Both the position numbers and the translations under genes were made by a program. From the NCBI GenBank assembly GCA_951406725.2, contig OX597817.1:70246001-70310000 (forward strand): a stretch of 64,000 nt of DNA, read 5' to 3'. Shown here piece after piece: positions 1-14,003 of this stretch. Under the pieces are notes generated by a model that was given only the letters and a program-made list of their open reading frames with translations, did not search any database and was not told the DNA's origin. The first letter of the stretch is position 1, and each line of letters opens with the position of its first letter. Origin of the DNA: Octopus vulgaris (lineage: Eukaryota).

Positions 1-1134
1 TCAGCAAAAGGAGTTCTGCATTTTCGAGTTCGTGAAAACAAATTCGGTTGTCACGATGCAGCGTGCTTTTCGAAGGCTATTCGACATTAATCCGCCCTCG
101 CCTAAAAACATTCGGCAGTGGTTTCAACAGTTTCAAAATGTCCAGGACGACCAGGAGTTTCAGAGAAATAAGTGGCGAGAACCCGTGCTGCGTTTGAGGG
201 GATCCCACAGAAGTCTTCAACTCGAGCTAACCGAGAGCTTGCGATCCCTCAGTCCACTATCTGGCGTGTACTAAGAAGACGTCTACATTTGAAAAAGGTA
301 CAGACTATGCTTCGTTCAGACACTTACCAATGACGACAAGAGGAAGCGGATGAAATTTTGCGAATTGATGCTGGAGATGATGAAAGAGGAAACCTTCATT
401 TCACGTTTAATATTTTGTGTTGAAGCGACTTTTCACTTGAGCGGCACAATCAATCGTCAGTATGCGTATATTTGGGGAACAGAACATCCACGTGAAACAG
501 TTGAGCATGGAAGAGATTCCCCGGGGTGAGCGTCTTCTGTGCTGTGTCTCAGGACAAGGTTTATGGTCTCTTTTTCTTTGAAGGAAACACCGTTACAGAA
601 CAAACCTATCTCAGTATGCTCCAGAACTGGCTTTTTACTTCACTGAAAGCAGATTTGCGTGACTCCATTTTTCAACAAGATGGAGCACCGTTCCATTGGC
701 ACCTGATGGTTCAAGCCTTTCTAAATGAAAAAGTATCCCAGAGATGGATTAGTCGGAAAAGAGCTCAAGACCTTGCTTTTTGTGCTTGCCCTGCAAGATC
801 CCCAGACCTCACCGTGTGTGATTTTTTTCTTGTGGGAATATGTAGAAAATCACATTTATGTTCCATTGCTACCCACTAACCTCAATGACCTTAAACATCG
901 AATAACAATAGCGATCAACTTAGTAGATCGCGATATGCTGGTACGTGTCTGGGAGGAATTCTCTTATCGCATTGATGTTGCCTGCCCGTGCTGCAGGTGG
1001 TGGCCACATTGAACTCTTGTAAGACAGGAAATAATTAATTGAGTAAATACTTGTGACTTAGCTGGAGTTTTCTATTGCTTTTCCTTATTAAAATATTGCG
1101 TAATGAAATCGGTTCATTCCTTTTGAATAACCCT
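1..1134 (+). mobile_element. Degenerate Tc1/mariner transposon, rosa/Visitor (DD41D-like) lineage, 5' end outside window
   Basis: Frameshifted pieces encode an N-terminal HTH (SVVTMQRAFRRLFDINPPS..NIRQWFQQF) and catalytic FQQDGAPFHW...RWI.R...PARSPDLTVCDFFL. TIR-like end TTTTGAATAACCCT at 1121-1134 is followed by TA. Confidence 0.85.
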
Positions 1135-1144
1135 ATATACATAA

Positions 1145-1179
<35 letters not shown>

Positions 1180-1188
1180 AGACTCTTG

Positions 1189-3317
1189 GTTTTTTTATTT
1201 ATGAGGAATTTATTTTTATTCACCATAAAGATTAAGACACAGAAGGAACAATACAGGACAGACATGGTGGGGAGGGGTCAAAATAGCGTATAGATAATGA
1301 AAATGTGGAAATGATAAAAATGGAATGATGGACACGGGAACCCCACAACCACACATCATCACTGATCTTTTAGAATCACTGGTACTTTCGTTCAAGTCAT
1401 CTCACACATGTAACAAGGCTCTTCATTTACAACATATAACAATTAATGAAACTGACATTCAATCCTCTCACTTGCACATGTAGCAAGGCATACACTCTTC
1501 ATGTGGAAGCACTCAGACGGTTCTTACACTGTACGGGACAGACAAAATGGGTTGAAACAACATATGATTAAATAACTGATGAAAAAGGAACATTGTATTG
1601 TCTTTTGAGTTCGCTGGTGTTCAGGTGTGGAGAGTCTGATTATGGGGTAAAACGTGAATTTCTGTCTGTATGCTTAATTAGGATGGTCTATTTTCCCCCG
1701 GTTCTACTGGCGGTGATATATCTTGTCTGAATTAATTATATGTGGCTTGCGGGGTATTTCTTTTGAAATAAGTGCAAATATGTTTAGTAAAAGTTTACTA
1801 AACATATGATCCGATGTCATTTGGGTACTTTTCTTTTAAGTCTGCGTATGAAATATTGTCTATTTATATAAATTTTATATTTTCCGCTATTTTTGGGTGT
1901 GTTGGGGCTGCATATGAGGTGATATGTTCATTGGGTTGGGTGTCTGAGTTTTATGGGGTGGGGTGCATGTGGGTGTTTCGTTGTTTTTGATGGTAGTACG
2001 TGTGGGGGAGGTATTCATCTATTTGCGTCTTTTTTTACCTCCCTCCAGTCGCTGTCCACTTCTTCAGGTGCGGTTGGACTTGTTTCTTTTCTGAGGTATC
2101 TCTGTTTTGCTTGTTTTGTCTCTTCTCGCGCTATCATTGGTGTGTGTTGTTTTGTCGTGGTATTGGTCGTCTCTTTTTGGATTCCTGTGACTTTGTCGGT
2201 TTGTTGGGGGTTATTGGCTGTAGGGGGTGCTATAGATGCTTTGTCTTGTGAGCATGCAGTTTTAATATACCCTTTCATGTCGCACTTATAGCACCTTGGC
2301 TTTTGCCCCTCGACTAATATTCTTAGTGTGGTTTCGTCCAGCAGTAAAATTTGATCTGACAATTCTTCCAGGTCCTGCTGAGTGGTCTGGATTACCAGTT
2401 CCAGACCTTGTCCCCCATTAGTTCCACTGGTGCAGCTTGGTGACTTGAAGGATGATGATTTTATCCTCCAAGTTTAGCAGTACAACTGCCACCAGCCAGA
2501 CCACGTCGATTTCCAGTGGGACCTCCCTTATTTTAATTTTTGATGTCCGCTTGCCTAAATATGTTCGCAAAAGCATTAGTCCTGTTGACTTTAGGGGAGT
2601 TGTCAAATGCTTTTTGCTTCTTTTTCGGGGGTGAACCTTGCTTCGACGGTTCCGAAGCACTTTCCTCTGGCTATGTATGTTAAATTTTGCCATATCGGCT
2701 GTAGGATTTGCCTCTTTAGTAGCCATTTCAATTTTTTTCGTTTTGAGTGACACGGTTTTGTACATTATTGTTTGTGTCTTTGTGATGCGTATCATTTCCC
2801 ATGGTTGGGCTAGTTTTAAACTGGTTCCCTCTTTTTGTATTAAACACTAGTATTTCTCTAGTTCGTCCGGGCCAACCTCCACTATTTCGCTCGTGATACC
2901 GGCCACGGACACGTAGTTCATCCTTCCATTACCATTCTGCACTTCAACTCGGAGGTCAGTTTCCTCATTCTCTAGCATGTTCTTGTCTTTCTTTGTTTGG
3001 AAAATAGGAGGGAGGGCAACACCTGTTCGCACAATTCCTCAAGAAAAAGTTTGGATCTACATATTGGGAGGCGTCAAATTCCATGTTGTACTGTTCATGC
3101 AAAAAACTTTCCACAAAGGAAAACAGCTCGATCCTAAACAGGGGGATCTCGCACAAAAAACGCACCCACCAAAGCAAGAAATGCATCCAAAAGACACAGA
3201 AAACAGCAAAAGTTGTATAGCAATTAAAAAAAACAATGGTGATCACAAAAGGGAAAACCTACAATTTAAACAAGAGCAGCGAAAAAACACGTCTGTTGTT
3301 AATGAGGAATTTATTTT
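1189..3317 (-). mobile_element. Non-LTR retroelement relic carrying only a gag-like ORF1 (zinc knuckle)
   Basis: Minus-strand ORF pieces include CYKCDMKGYIKTAC (degenerate CX2CX4HX4C). T-rich tract at the left end is a poly(A) tail on the minus strand. Flanked by direct repeat TAGAGACTCT(T/C)GGTTTT at 1177 and 3318. No RT visible. Confidence 0.6.
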
Positions 3318-3535
3318 TAGAGACTCTCGGTTTTAGTGGTTAGGCTCATGATCGTAAGATTGTGGTTTCGATTCCTGTACGGGGTGAGGCGTTGTGTTCT
3401 TGGGCAAACATTCATTTCACAATGCTCCAGTCTACTCAGCTGGTAAAAATGAGTAATCCTGTGACAGACCGGCATCTCTGTCTTGGGAGGAATATACACG
3501 CCCGAGAGACTGGCCCTATCCTCCTTACGGACGAA
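3318..3535 (+). mobile_element. tRNA-derived SINE (degenerate)
   Basis: A/B-box-like AGTGGTTAGG...GGTTTCGATTCC, then the CTTGGGCAA...TTTCAC..TGCTCCAGTC body shared with copies at 28853, 40090-40285, 48900-49200 and 63515-63735. Confidence 0.7.
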
Positions 3536-3585
3536 ACACATCCTACTTTTATACTTAGCAATTATTTTTAAAATTTATAAAACGT

Positions 3586-3980
3586 AGGCGCAGGCATAGC
3601 TCTGTGGGTAAGAAGCTCGCTTTGTAAACACGTACTTTCGGGTTCAGTGACACTGCGCGGCACATGAGTCAAGGTTCTTCTACTATAATATCGAACCGAT
3701 TAATACCTTGTAAATGAATTTTGAAGACAGAAACTGTATGGAAGTCTGCCATACCTTTATACGCATATATATTGTATGTGTTTGTGCTTGACCACCACCA
3801 CCGCTTAACAACCGATGTTGGTTTCTTCACGTCTGCGTAACGTAGGGGTTCGGTCAAAAAAAAAAAAGACTGGTAGAATAAATATCAGACTTTAAAATAT
3901 GTACCGGAAACGATTTACTCAACGAAAGCCTTAAAGACGGTGTTCCTAGCCGCACACCAATGACCTAAAGCAAGAGTAAA
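3586..3980 (+). mobile_element. tRNA-derived SINE, family A (old copy)
   Basis: Diverged match to the complete copies at 17583, 22431 and 32067. Confidence 0.7.
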
Positions 3981-4342
3981 ATAGAAACAAATATAACAAA
4001 CAATAAAGAAACTAAATCTAACAAAAATAGTGCAAAAAAAAGCAATGAATTCCTTCACACACACACCACCCCGCCCTACTAGAATCCTAAAATATTCGCA
4101 TGAAGTTCTGATAATTCCCCTAAAGGAAGAATTGCCGATTTAAACCCAGTTAAGCCTTTCAATACATGTTTGTGTTTTCTCGCAGCTGTTTACACACTGT
4201 CCTTAAAACTACATATTTGTACCTTCATTTCTATGATAAACCTGAATGAATCTGGATGTACTACATTTTTGTGTATTACAGTAATTTCTACTTGACTTCT
4301 CTCTCATAGCTATGCTTTAATTTCTTTTTAATGACCAAGTAG

Positions 4343-4510
4343 AAGGTGGTAAATTGGCAGAACCGTTAGCACGCTGGACAAAATGTTTAACGGCATTTCG
4401 TTTGTCTTTACTTTCTGAGTTCAAATTCCACCGAAGTCGATATTGTCTTTCATCCGTTCAGGGTCAATAAATTAGGTACCAGTTATGTATTGGGGTCGAT
4501 GTAATCGACT
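4343..4510 (+). mobile_element. tRNA-derived SINE, family B
   Basis: GGCAGAACCGTTAGCACG...TTCTGAGTTCAAATTCC..CGA.GTCGA motif shared with 14408 and 35230. Confidence 0.75.
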
Positions 4511-5019
4511 TGCGAACTAGTAGAACTGTTGGCATGTCGGGCAAAAAGCTTAGAACATTTCGTCTGTCTTTATACGCTGAGTCCAAATTCCGCTTTAGCG
4601 GCTATTCTGAGACCATCACGCAACCACGATACCCTTGTCAGCTTAACATTTATTTTCTATCTTCTTTTATTTCTTCAAGTCATTGGACTGCATCCATGCT
4701 GGAGCACCGCCTTGAGAAGTTTCGTCGAATATATATATATATATATATATAGGTGTGTAAGAGAGTTGGTATATGAAAATTGGTATATAAAAAACTACAG
4801 AAGACTTGTATTATATGGTTTACATATAATAATGAAATGATAACTAAAAAATATAAAAATTTTAATGAAAGAAAGAAAGAAAGAAAGAAAAAGTATACAC
4901 GATATACACTGAAAAAGAAGGGACATATGCATAGCATACAAAGGTTTGAAAAGAAGAAGAAGAATGATAATAATGATGATGACGACGATGATGATGACAA
5001 TAATGATAATAATAACAAT

Positions 5020-5427
5020 AATTTCAAATTTTGTCATAAAGCCAGAAATTTCAAGGGCAGGTTTGAGACGATCACAGCGACCCCAGTGATCCACTGGTAC
5101 TTATTTCATCGACCCTTAAATAAGGAACGGAAGAATCGACCTCGGCGGAATTTGATCTCAGAACGCGGAAATGAAGAAACCAAAAGACACAGAAAACAGC
5201 AAAAGTTGTATAACAATTAAAAAAACTACGGTAATCACTGGGAAAACCTACAATTTAACGAGAGCAGCGAAAAAAATACGTCTAATTTTAATGAGGAATT
5301 TATTTTTAGAGACTCTTGGTTTTAATGGTTAGGCTCGTAATCGTAAGATTGTGGTTTCGATTCCTGTACGGGAAATCGAAATGCCGCAGAGCATTTTGTC
5401 CGACGTGCTAACGACACTGCCAGCTCA
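5020..5427 (-). mobile_element. SINE family B, interrupted by a 193-bp local duplication
   Basis: Reverse complement of the family B body (GACCTCGGCGGAATTTGA.CTCAGAACG ... CGTGCTAACGAC.CTGCCAGCTC), split by 5180-5372. Confidence 0.7.
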
Positions 5428-5471
5428 ATACCTTGACAATGATAATGATGATCATGATAATAATAATAATG

Positions 5472-5518
<47 letters not shown>

Positions 5519-6820
5519 TTAGCTGTCCCAGTTATAAGTTACAGCTACGATATCCTTAACTGGACACGAAATGAACTGTCCAAAATAGATAGGAAAACAA
5601 GAAAAATACTGACAGGATCTAGGATGCATCACCCAAAATCTGACATGGAAAGACTATATATACAACGTATAGAAGGTGGTAGAGGCCTTATACAGCTGGA
5701 AAACTACTATAAAATAACCACCATAGGACTGCAAAAATATCTACTTCAGAAGGAAAGAAAACTGATCCAGATAGCAGCAAAACACGAGCAAAACAAAAAA
5801 CTGTTCTCAGTATTTAAGGAAGCTGACAAATACAAACAAGAAATCATACCACCTAATAAACACGAAGAAGAAGAAGAAGATGATGAAGAAACAACAAAAG
5901 CTATAAAACAAATGAAATCCAAACTAAAAATAGAACAGCAACGAACCATGATAAAACGATGGCAAGAAAAGCCCCTTCATGGTAAATACTGCACTAAACT
6001 AAACGCAAAAGAAATAGACAAAGAAAAATCCCAGCAATGGTTGAGAAGCTCAGGACTCAAAGCAGAAACAGAGGGATTTTTAATTGCAGCACAAGACCAA
6101 AGCCTCCCCATCAGAAATTACCAAAAACATGTAATGAAAAGAAATATTACAAGTAACTGCAGAATATGTGGAGATGGACAAGAAACAATAAATCATATTA
6201 TCTCTAGCTGCCCAGTCCTGGCTAAGAAGGAATATATTCACAGACATGACAGAGTTGGAACCTACATACATTGGAAACTATGCCAACATTATGGAATAAC
6301 AACAGAAAAAAGATGGTATAGGCACACACCAGAAAAGGTCACAGAAAACGAGAAAGCAACCATACTCTGGGATATGCCGATACACACAGATAGAGAAATT
6401 AAGGCCAACAGATCAGATATAGTTGTCAGAGATCATGAAGAAAAAAATGCTTTCTAATTGATGTATCAATACCGGCAGATGACAACGTGTCTCTAAAAGA
6501 AATGGAGAAACTCTCAAAATACAAAGACCTGGAAATAGAGGTAACTAGAATGTGGAATCTGAAAACAGAAACAATTCCTATCATAGTAGGTGCATTAGGC
6601 ATGATAAAAAAATATTCAGACAAATACATAACAAAAACACCAGGACTTACAAACACATATAACATACAGAAAATTGCACTACTAGGCACTGCACACATCC
6701 TACGCAGAACACTTTCCATACAATAACCATCAGAGTATCACAACAAATCACAGCACATACCCAAGGCACACAGAGCTGCGCTCGGTAGTGAAGTGAAAGC
6801 ACGCTATGAAAATAAAACTA

Positions 6821-6825
<5 letters not shown>
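5519..6825 (+). mobile_element. 5'-truncated R4/Dong-clade (RLE-type) non-LTR retrotransposon inserted in (AAT)n
   Basis: RT thumb (RLY..R.EGGRGL), CCHC finger CRICGDGQETINHIISSC, RHD motif and RLE (NRSDIVV...IDV...K..KY.DL). One frameshift near 6447, stop at 6726, then a 3' UTR. (AAT)n on both sides. Confidence 0.9.
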
Positions 6826-6870
<45 letters not shown>

Positions 6871-6872
<2 letters not shown>

Positions 6873-7425
6873 GACCTGGAGCTGTACCAGGCAGCGGCTC
6901 TCATGGTTTCTGATCTTAACTGATTGGAAGTGTTATCATGTACATTGTTTGTCTTGGTATAAAAGATGGGCTACAGCAAATATTTTGCTCAATACCACAG
7001 ATTTGCTTGTCAGTTGTTTGACCATAACCAGTTGAGCATGTCCCTTAGTAGCTGACGATATGTGCATCTCTGATGATGGGCAGAAGTAGTGGGGGAGCAT
7101 GATAGCCATGTGTTGAGAGGGATTCTTTGATGTTTGAATAATTCACCTCTGGAAATATGGGTGGTTCGTTCAACACCCTTAAACAACCCTTATTCAGGGA
7201 CCTTTTGAGCGGGGTGGGTTACTCGACCAGAAGAAAATTCTAACTGGGCCCTACCTGCAAGGTCATGCGCTGTTTATCTTGATATGAGATCATCATGACG
7301 CGCGCATATTGTTGTGATGCATGTGCCTAGTGTACTCTTATCAGACGGGTAATCATGATAGGCATACTGGGCTTCGTATATTTTACCTCAGTGTCACTTT
7401 GATGGTATGCACTGCTCTCTCACTC

Positions 7426-7426
<1 letters not shown>
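6871..7426 (+). mobile_element. Probable 3' UTR fragment of a second (AAT)n-targeting LINE
   Basis: Non-coding block of about 550 bp bounded on both sides by (AAT)n, directly after the Dong-like copy. Confidence 0.45.
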
Positions 7427-7493
<67 letters not shown>

Positions 7494-7825
7494 TGATGAT
7501 GATTAAGATGAGGATGATTAAGATCATTATATTAAAGTAACACCAACGATGGTATCCCTATAGGTACGCCAACGCTTCTCCTAGAAATAGCAGCCAAATT
7601 ACTTTAATAACCACATCATACCGTTATCTAAACGAATACACTAACATGCACACACATACACGCATATGCACACACACGCACAACAGCACACACACGCCCG
7701 AACACACAAACACTGAATAATATTTTTTCCAAGATTTATTATGCCTTTTAAAGTAAAATTGGATGGATATATTTGGATGGGATCCGCTCGATCTTATCTC
7801 AGACTTTCTATTACTGACTTGGGTC

Positions 7826-8995
<1,170 letters not shown>

Positions 8996-9002
8996 TTTAA
9001 AA

Positions 9003-12000
9003 CTAACTTAAACTATTTTTAAATGTTTCATCTTCAAAGTTGCGGTCTGAGCTACACCATAATTTGAGACCTCCGTTGATATGTGGCATTTGGTCAATGA
9101 GAGAGTTTGATGTTGCTACCTTCATCTGTGTTTCCTGCCGTGAGGTAGGATCGTCTGGAACCCGTAACAGGAAGAGAACCAGTTTTGTTTTAAAGACACT
9201 TACATTCACACCATGCAGGTCTCTCAGGCATTTTAGAATGAAATTAAAGAGATGTGGGCCCTTCAAGCCCAAGTTGTTGCACTATCTGGTCCTGTATTTT
9301 GATGGCGATGCTGGAATCTTTGGCACAATGCAGTGGGGCCCCGTTCTGCAGTTTGAGTAACTTTCAATGCCAAAGTTTGGTACAAGACTTTTTAGGATTT
9401 TCCAGATGTAAAACTGCTGTCAGAAAAAAACTATTGTTTTACCGTGAGAAAAGTTCTGTTGAGCGGTTAATTTAAATTTGGCTATGGTGGATCGAATCCA
9501 CTTGATGCCTGCAAGATCCTACATATATATATATATATATATATATCCTGCCTTCGTTCCAGGGAGAAGAGTTTTACTTCTTTCAGTCTTTCCCAGTAGC
9601 TGATACTTTGCATCGAGATGATTTCTTAGCGTAGCTTCGTTGGATTGCTTCGAGTTCCGCCGTGGATTTTTTTTAGTGTCTGGTGACTATAATTGGGAGC
9701 GGCTGAGAACGTATGTCCGCCAAACGATCATCAATGTCTCCTTTTCTCTTGTTTTGAAAGTTCGGAGGATCCATCCAGATAGCCGTCTGCATTTTATTAC
9801 CAAATTGGTAATATGCACTTGTAAACATGCATCATTGCTCCTGTGAATGCCCAAGTCACGCACTGATTTCGATTCAGGGATTTCACTTTCTCCTGAGCCA
9901 GTGTATCCTGACTGCTTGCCGTGTAGCTTTGTGTGCTGGTAGCATAGGGCTTGGACTTTTCCTGCATTAAACTGCATATTGTCCTCAGACCACCTGTATA
10001 TTACGTCCAACTCCCGTTGCAGATGTACAATATTTCCAGGATTTTGTATTGTCTGAGAGACTTTTGTGCCACTTGCATAGCTAGCATGGGTAGCTATCTG
10101 AGCAACCGAGGGCATGTCTGAGAGGGCCACTGTAAATAGCAGTGACCCCCAAGACAGTGCCCTGTGGAAAACCATTTGCTATTTATGTTTCCTTGGAGGT
10201 GGCTCCGTTGCCAAACGTCTATCCTGTAGAAAGTTGTGCAGCCACTCTCCAAGTTTTCCGCTTATGCCGAGTTCGTGCAGTTTGTGACATATCATACCAT
10301 GGTCAACTTTATCAAAGGCTTCTGCAAAAGCGAGATATATCACATCCACGCTTCAGTCATTCAGCAGCTGTTTTAACACCTAGTCATAGTGTTGTAGAGG
10401 CTGTGTCAAACAGCTTCTACCCGGTTGAAATCCATGCTGGATGTCAGTCAGCAAGTCATTTTCTTCTAGGAACATGATTAGTTTCTTACGGACTATTCAT
10501 TCCATTACTTTACTGATGTTTGAGGTCAGAGAGATAATTTTTAGCATCTGCTCTGCTTCCTCCCTTATGGATAGGGCATATTATCACTTTCTTCAGTTTG
10601 TCTGGGAGCTTACCACTTTCAAGGAAGCTCTGGAAGAGAAGCTGCAGTGGTTTTGTAAGGGCTCGCTTGCATGATTTGAGTAGGACCGCTGGAAATCCAT
10701 CCGCGCCAGCCGCTGAGTTTATGTCAACCTCATCTATGGCCAGTATTACATCTTCTTCAATGTCTATGTACTCAATTTTTCTTAACTTTTTTGGTTTTAG
10801 GTAATGTGGCAAATAATTCCGCTGGTTCGTTCACTTGCCTATGTCACAGCGGTGTAGTGAACACACTTTGGAACTGTTCATTCAGTATTTCACTTACCCT
10901 CATGGGGTTTACTGTGAGGAAGCCATCTTTTAGAAAGAGGGGTCCTATCTTGTGGCGTATTGAGGCTGTTTCTTTGGCAAACTTAAAGAAAGCTTTAGGG
11001 TTTGACTTGATAACACAAGCTTTTTTATTTGCTCTCTCCTTTTCATGAGACTGATGCAGACGTTTCTCAATCTCCAATAGCACTCTCTTCAGACGAGACT
11101 TCTCGCCACTCTTGGGATGCTTGCTCAGGCGGTTCACAATCTTTGTCCGTCGTCTCATAAGAATCTTCCTTTCTCTAGAGATCCTATTTTTATGCATGTT
11201 GGCTTTGCACAGTGGGACAGATTGGTCACATATGGCTTGTATTATGGGCATGAAATGTTTGTTTCATGTCAATGTCAATGGTGTGGAGAGACATTTAGGT
11301 CAATCCTGTTTGAGGATCTCTTTCTCAATCAGCTTCCAATTTGCTTTATGCAAGTTTAGTTTGGAGAGATTTTGGGTGCTTTGTATAGGCTGTATGCCTG
11401 CAGGAACTTTTGGTCCATACATAGCTGTATTACATTGTGATCAGAGATCAGCGTCGGTGTCACTTTAACATTAGGGATAAAGTCCATATTGTTTGTGAAG
11501 CAGAGATCCAATATATTATTTGCCCTGGTTGGTTGAAGCAAGATTTGCTCCATGAAAAGGCATTGGTAAGGTGGAGCAGGTACTTTGCTTGTGCTTGCTG
11601 TTGGTGTGTCATCAGGCCATTCCCTGTTTGGGAAGTTAAAGTCACTCAAAAGGAATACATTGATGTGTTGTTCCAGTTTGATGAAAATTTCTATCTTTGC
11701 TAGGCAGTCTTCAAATTTGCCTGTATGACTCGGAGCATCTGGTGGGTGATATGTAGTACATATAACAGTATTAAGTTGTCTTATGTGTATAATTTGAATG
11801 TCACACACTGAATTAGAATTTGACAGCAGGACCTGGGGCGTGAAGTCCTCTCGGATGTACACAGAAAATCCACCATGGCTCCTCTCTTTTTTATCTGAGC
11901 GTATGACAACATATTGTAGTATATGTATTTCTGCATCCCCTATATCAGGTCTAAGTGCCATGCATAAAGCTTGATTGCATGCCGCAAAGTCTCTCAGGAA

Positions 12001-12485
12001 TGAGATTGTTTTACAGTTGCCATGCAACAATACTCCTATGTTCAAAAGAAATAGCTTTATGATGTGTGTGTTGGTGTTAGTGGTGACCATCCTGTATCTG
12101 TTGTTGGTGGTGGACTTGTATGGTGGCGGGTGTAGTTCCAGGCTTGGGTTTGAAGCCAGGTCAGTTGCCGGACAATCTTTTGTGCCTTGCACAAACAAAA
12201 GAAGATTGCTGTTCAGCTGCTGTCCTTCCCATACCTGGGTGAAGCAGGTCGTTTGCTGGGCCACGCACCACATCTGCATGTCGTCTTTCGGAAGTAGACA
12301 CTGCGCTATTATTACTTCTTTGGAGCCTTTCCTTCTCTCCTTCTCAGAGAAAGGAGTGTTGCCTGGGACCCATGTGGATCTGGTAATGCTTCGGATGTGC
12401 AAAGCGACAGTTTATACCATCATCACCATACCAGCAGTGTACTTGCATGTAGAATGTGCTCCTGCTTTTGCCCTTGCAACTCCTG
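9003..12485 (-). mobile_element. Degenerate CR1/L2-group LINE (APE endonuclease + reverse transcriptase)
   Basis: Frameshifted pieces: RSDKKERSHGG, YHPP, DFNFP, PTRANNILDLCFTN, SDHN (APE); AAGADGFPAVLLK, ICPIHKGG, D/N MQFNAGK, VRDLGI (RT); C-terminal FKTKL..FL.RVPDDP. Confidence 0.9.
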
Positions 12486-12767
12486 TGTATATATATATAC
12501 ATATAAAAAATTTGGTATGAGATAAAACTTTCAGGTATTACTCTTACACATTCACATAATCAAATTCATAATTCAGATGAGTGACATGAAATATTATTCC
12601 ATTCAAATAGCCACATATTTATATTTATGTGGTTCTTTCAATGGAATAATATGTCGTGTCATACGTCTGAATTATTAAATTGTTTGTCTGAAAGTTTAAG
12701 ACTAATATTTGAAATTTTTATAACCACATATTATTTTTAGCGCATATACGAGTGAAAAAGCAGTTTA

Positions 12768-12808
<41 letters not shown>

Positions 12809-12985
12809 TATGTGTGAAGGCGCAATGGCCCAGTGGTTAGGGCAGCGTGTATATACATATACATGCACATATATGCATATACATATATGTATGTATTTAT
12901 ATGCAAATATATATACATACGTATATATATGTATATACATATATATGCAAATATATATATATACATGTATATGTATAAATATATT

Positions 12986-13039
<54 letters not shown>

Positions 13040-13219
13040 TATAGGTATATACATATTTATACACATATATCTATATACATATATATGTATATACATATAT
13101 ATGTACATATATATGTATATATATATGTACATATATGTATATACATATACATGTACATCTGTATGTATATACATATATATGCACATATAGCTACATACAT
13201 ACATATGCGCATGTATGTA

Positions 13220-14003
13220 TCTCTCTATATATAAACGGCAGTTTGTCTCTCTGTGTGTCTGTGTGTCTGTCAGGTTGTACCCTCACCCTGACCACGGCTT
13301 TCAACCGATTCTGATGAAACTTGACACACACATAGCCCAATGTCATAATTCAAAACTAACGCAGCGAAAATTTTGAAAAGTTCCCCTAGTTCTGAAAAAA
13401 AATCGATAAATTCGACATGGGTCGAGAATCTAAGCTTTTTATATGCAACACATTTTCTACAGACTGTCTAGGGGACGCAACTCGACCTTTTTAACTCTCG
13501 GAACACGTGAGGTAAGTATCCCAAAATGTATAAAAATGTACAAAAACGGCAAAAAAGCGGGCAGCAATGTGAGTGACAACAACGAAAAAGTCAAAAGTGA
13601 CCAAACTGAACAAACGAATGGAAAAGGTTTTTTTGGTGCACACGACAAAAGCGGTTTATAATAAGCCAAGAGTTTGCAAGTAGAGTCCGAGGACCCTTAG
13701 GGTACGTCAAAAATTTAAGGTAAAACGTTTGGGGTGGTAGTTATAAAGAAAGTGTAAACAAAAAAAGTATTCGAATAACTTGCGGCTGCAGCAGCTATTA
13801 GCAGAAGTTGGGAGTAAAGTCTCGAATGTAATTTATTCCTGGTAGGAATTGGTTGGGTTGAATTATCGATAGCTGTTTGATAGTTATTTGGGAGTGAAGA
13901 GAAGACATTGCAACCTACACATGCGCCTTCGTTCCCTAGAGGGAAAGGACTAGATTGGGATTAGTCGTTACCTACTAGGGGCAACGCCGGGCTATGCTGC
14001 TAG
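13220..14003 (+). mobile_element. Non-autonomous Helitron
   Basis: Starts A|TCTCTCTATATATAAA followed by (TGTC)-rich sequence. Ends GGGCAACGCCGGG-ctatgctg-CTAG|T, i.e. canonical TC...CTAG termini in an AT target. Confidence 0.85.

Noticed and set aside
5351-5518. Start of the 368-aa ORF with poly-Asn
   Set aside because: Read-through of SINE sequence and (AAT)n fused to a 5'-truncated LINE.
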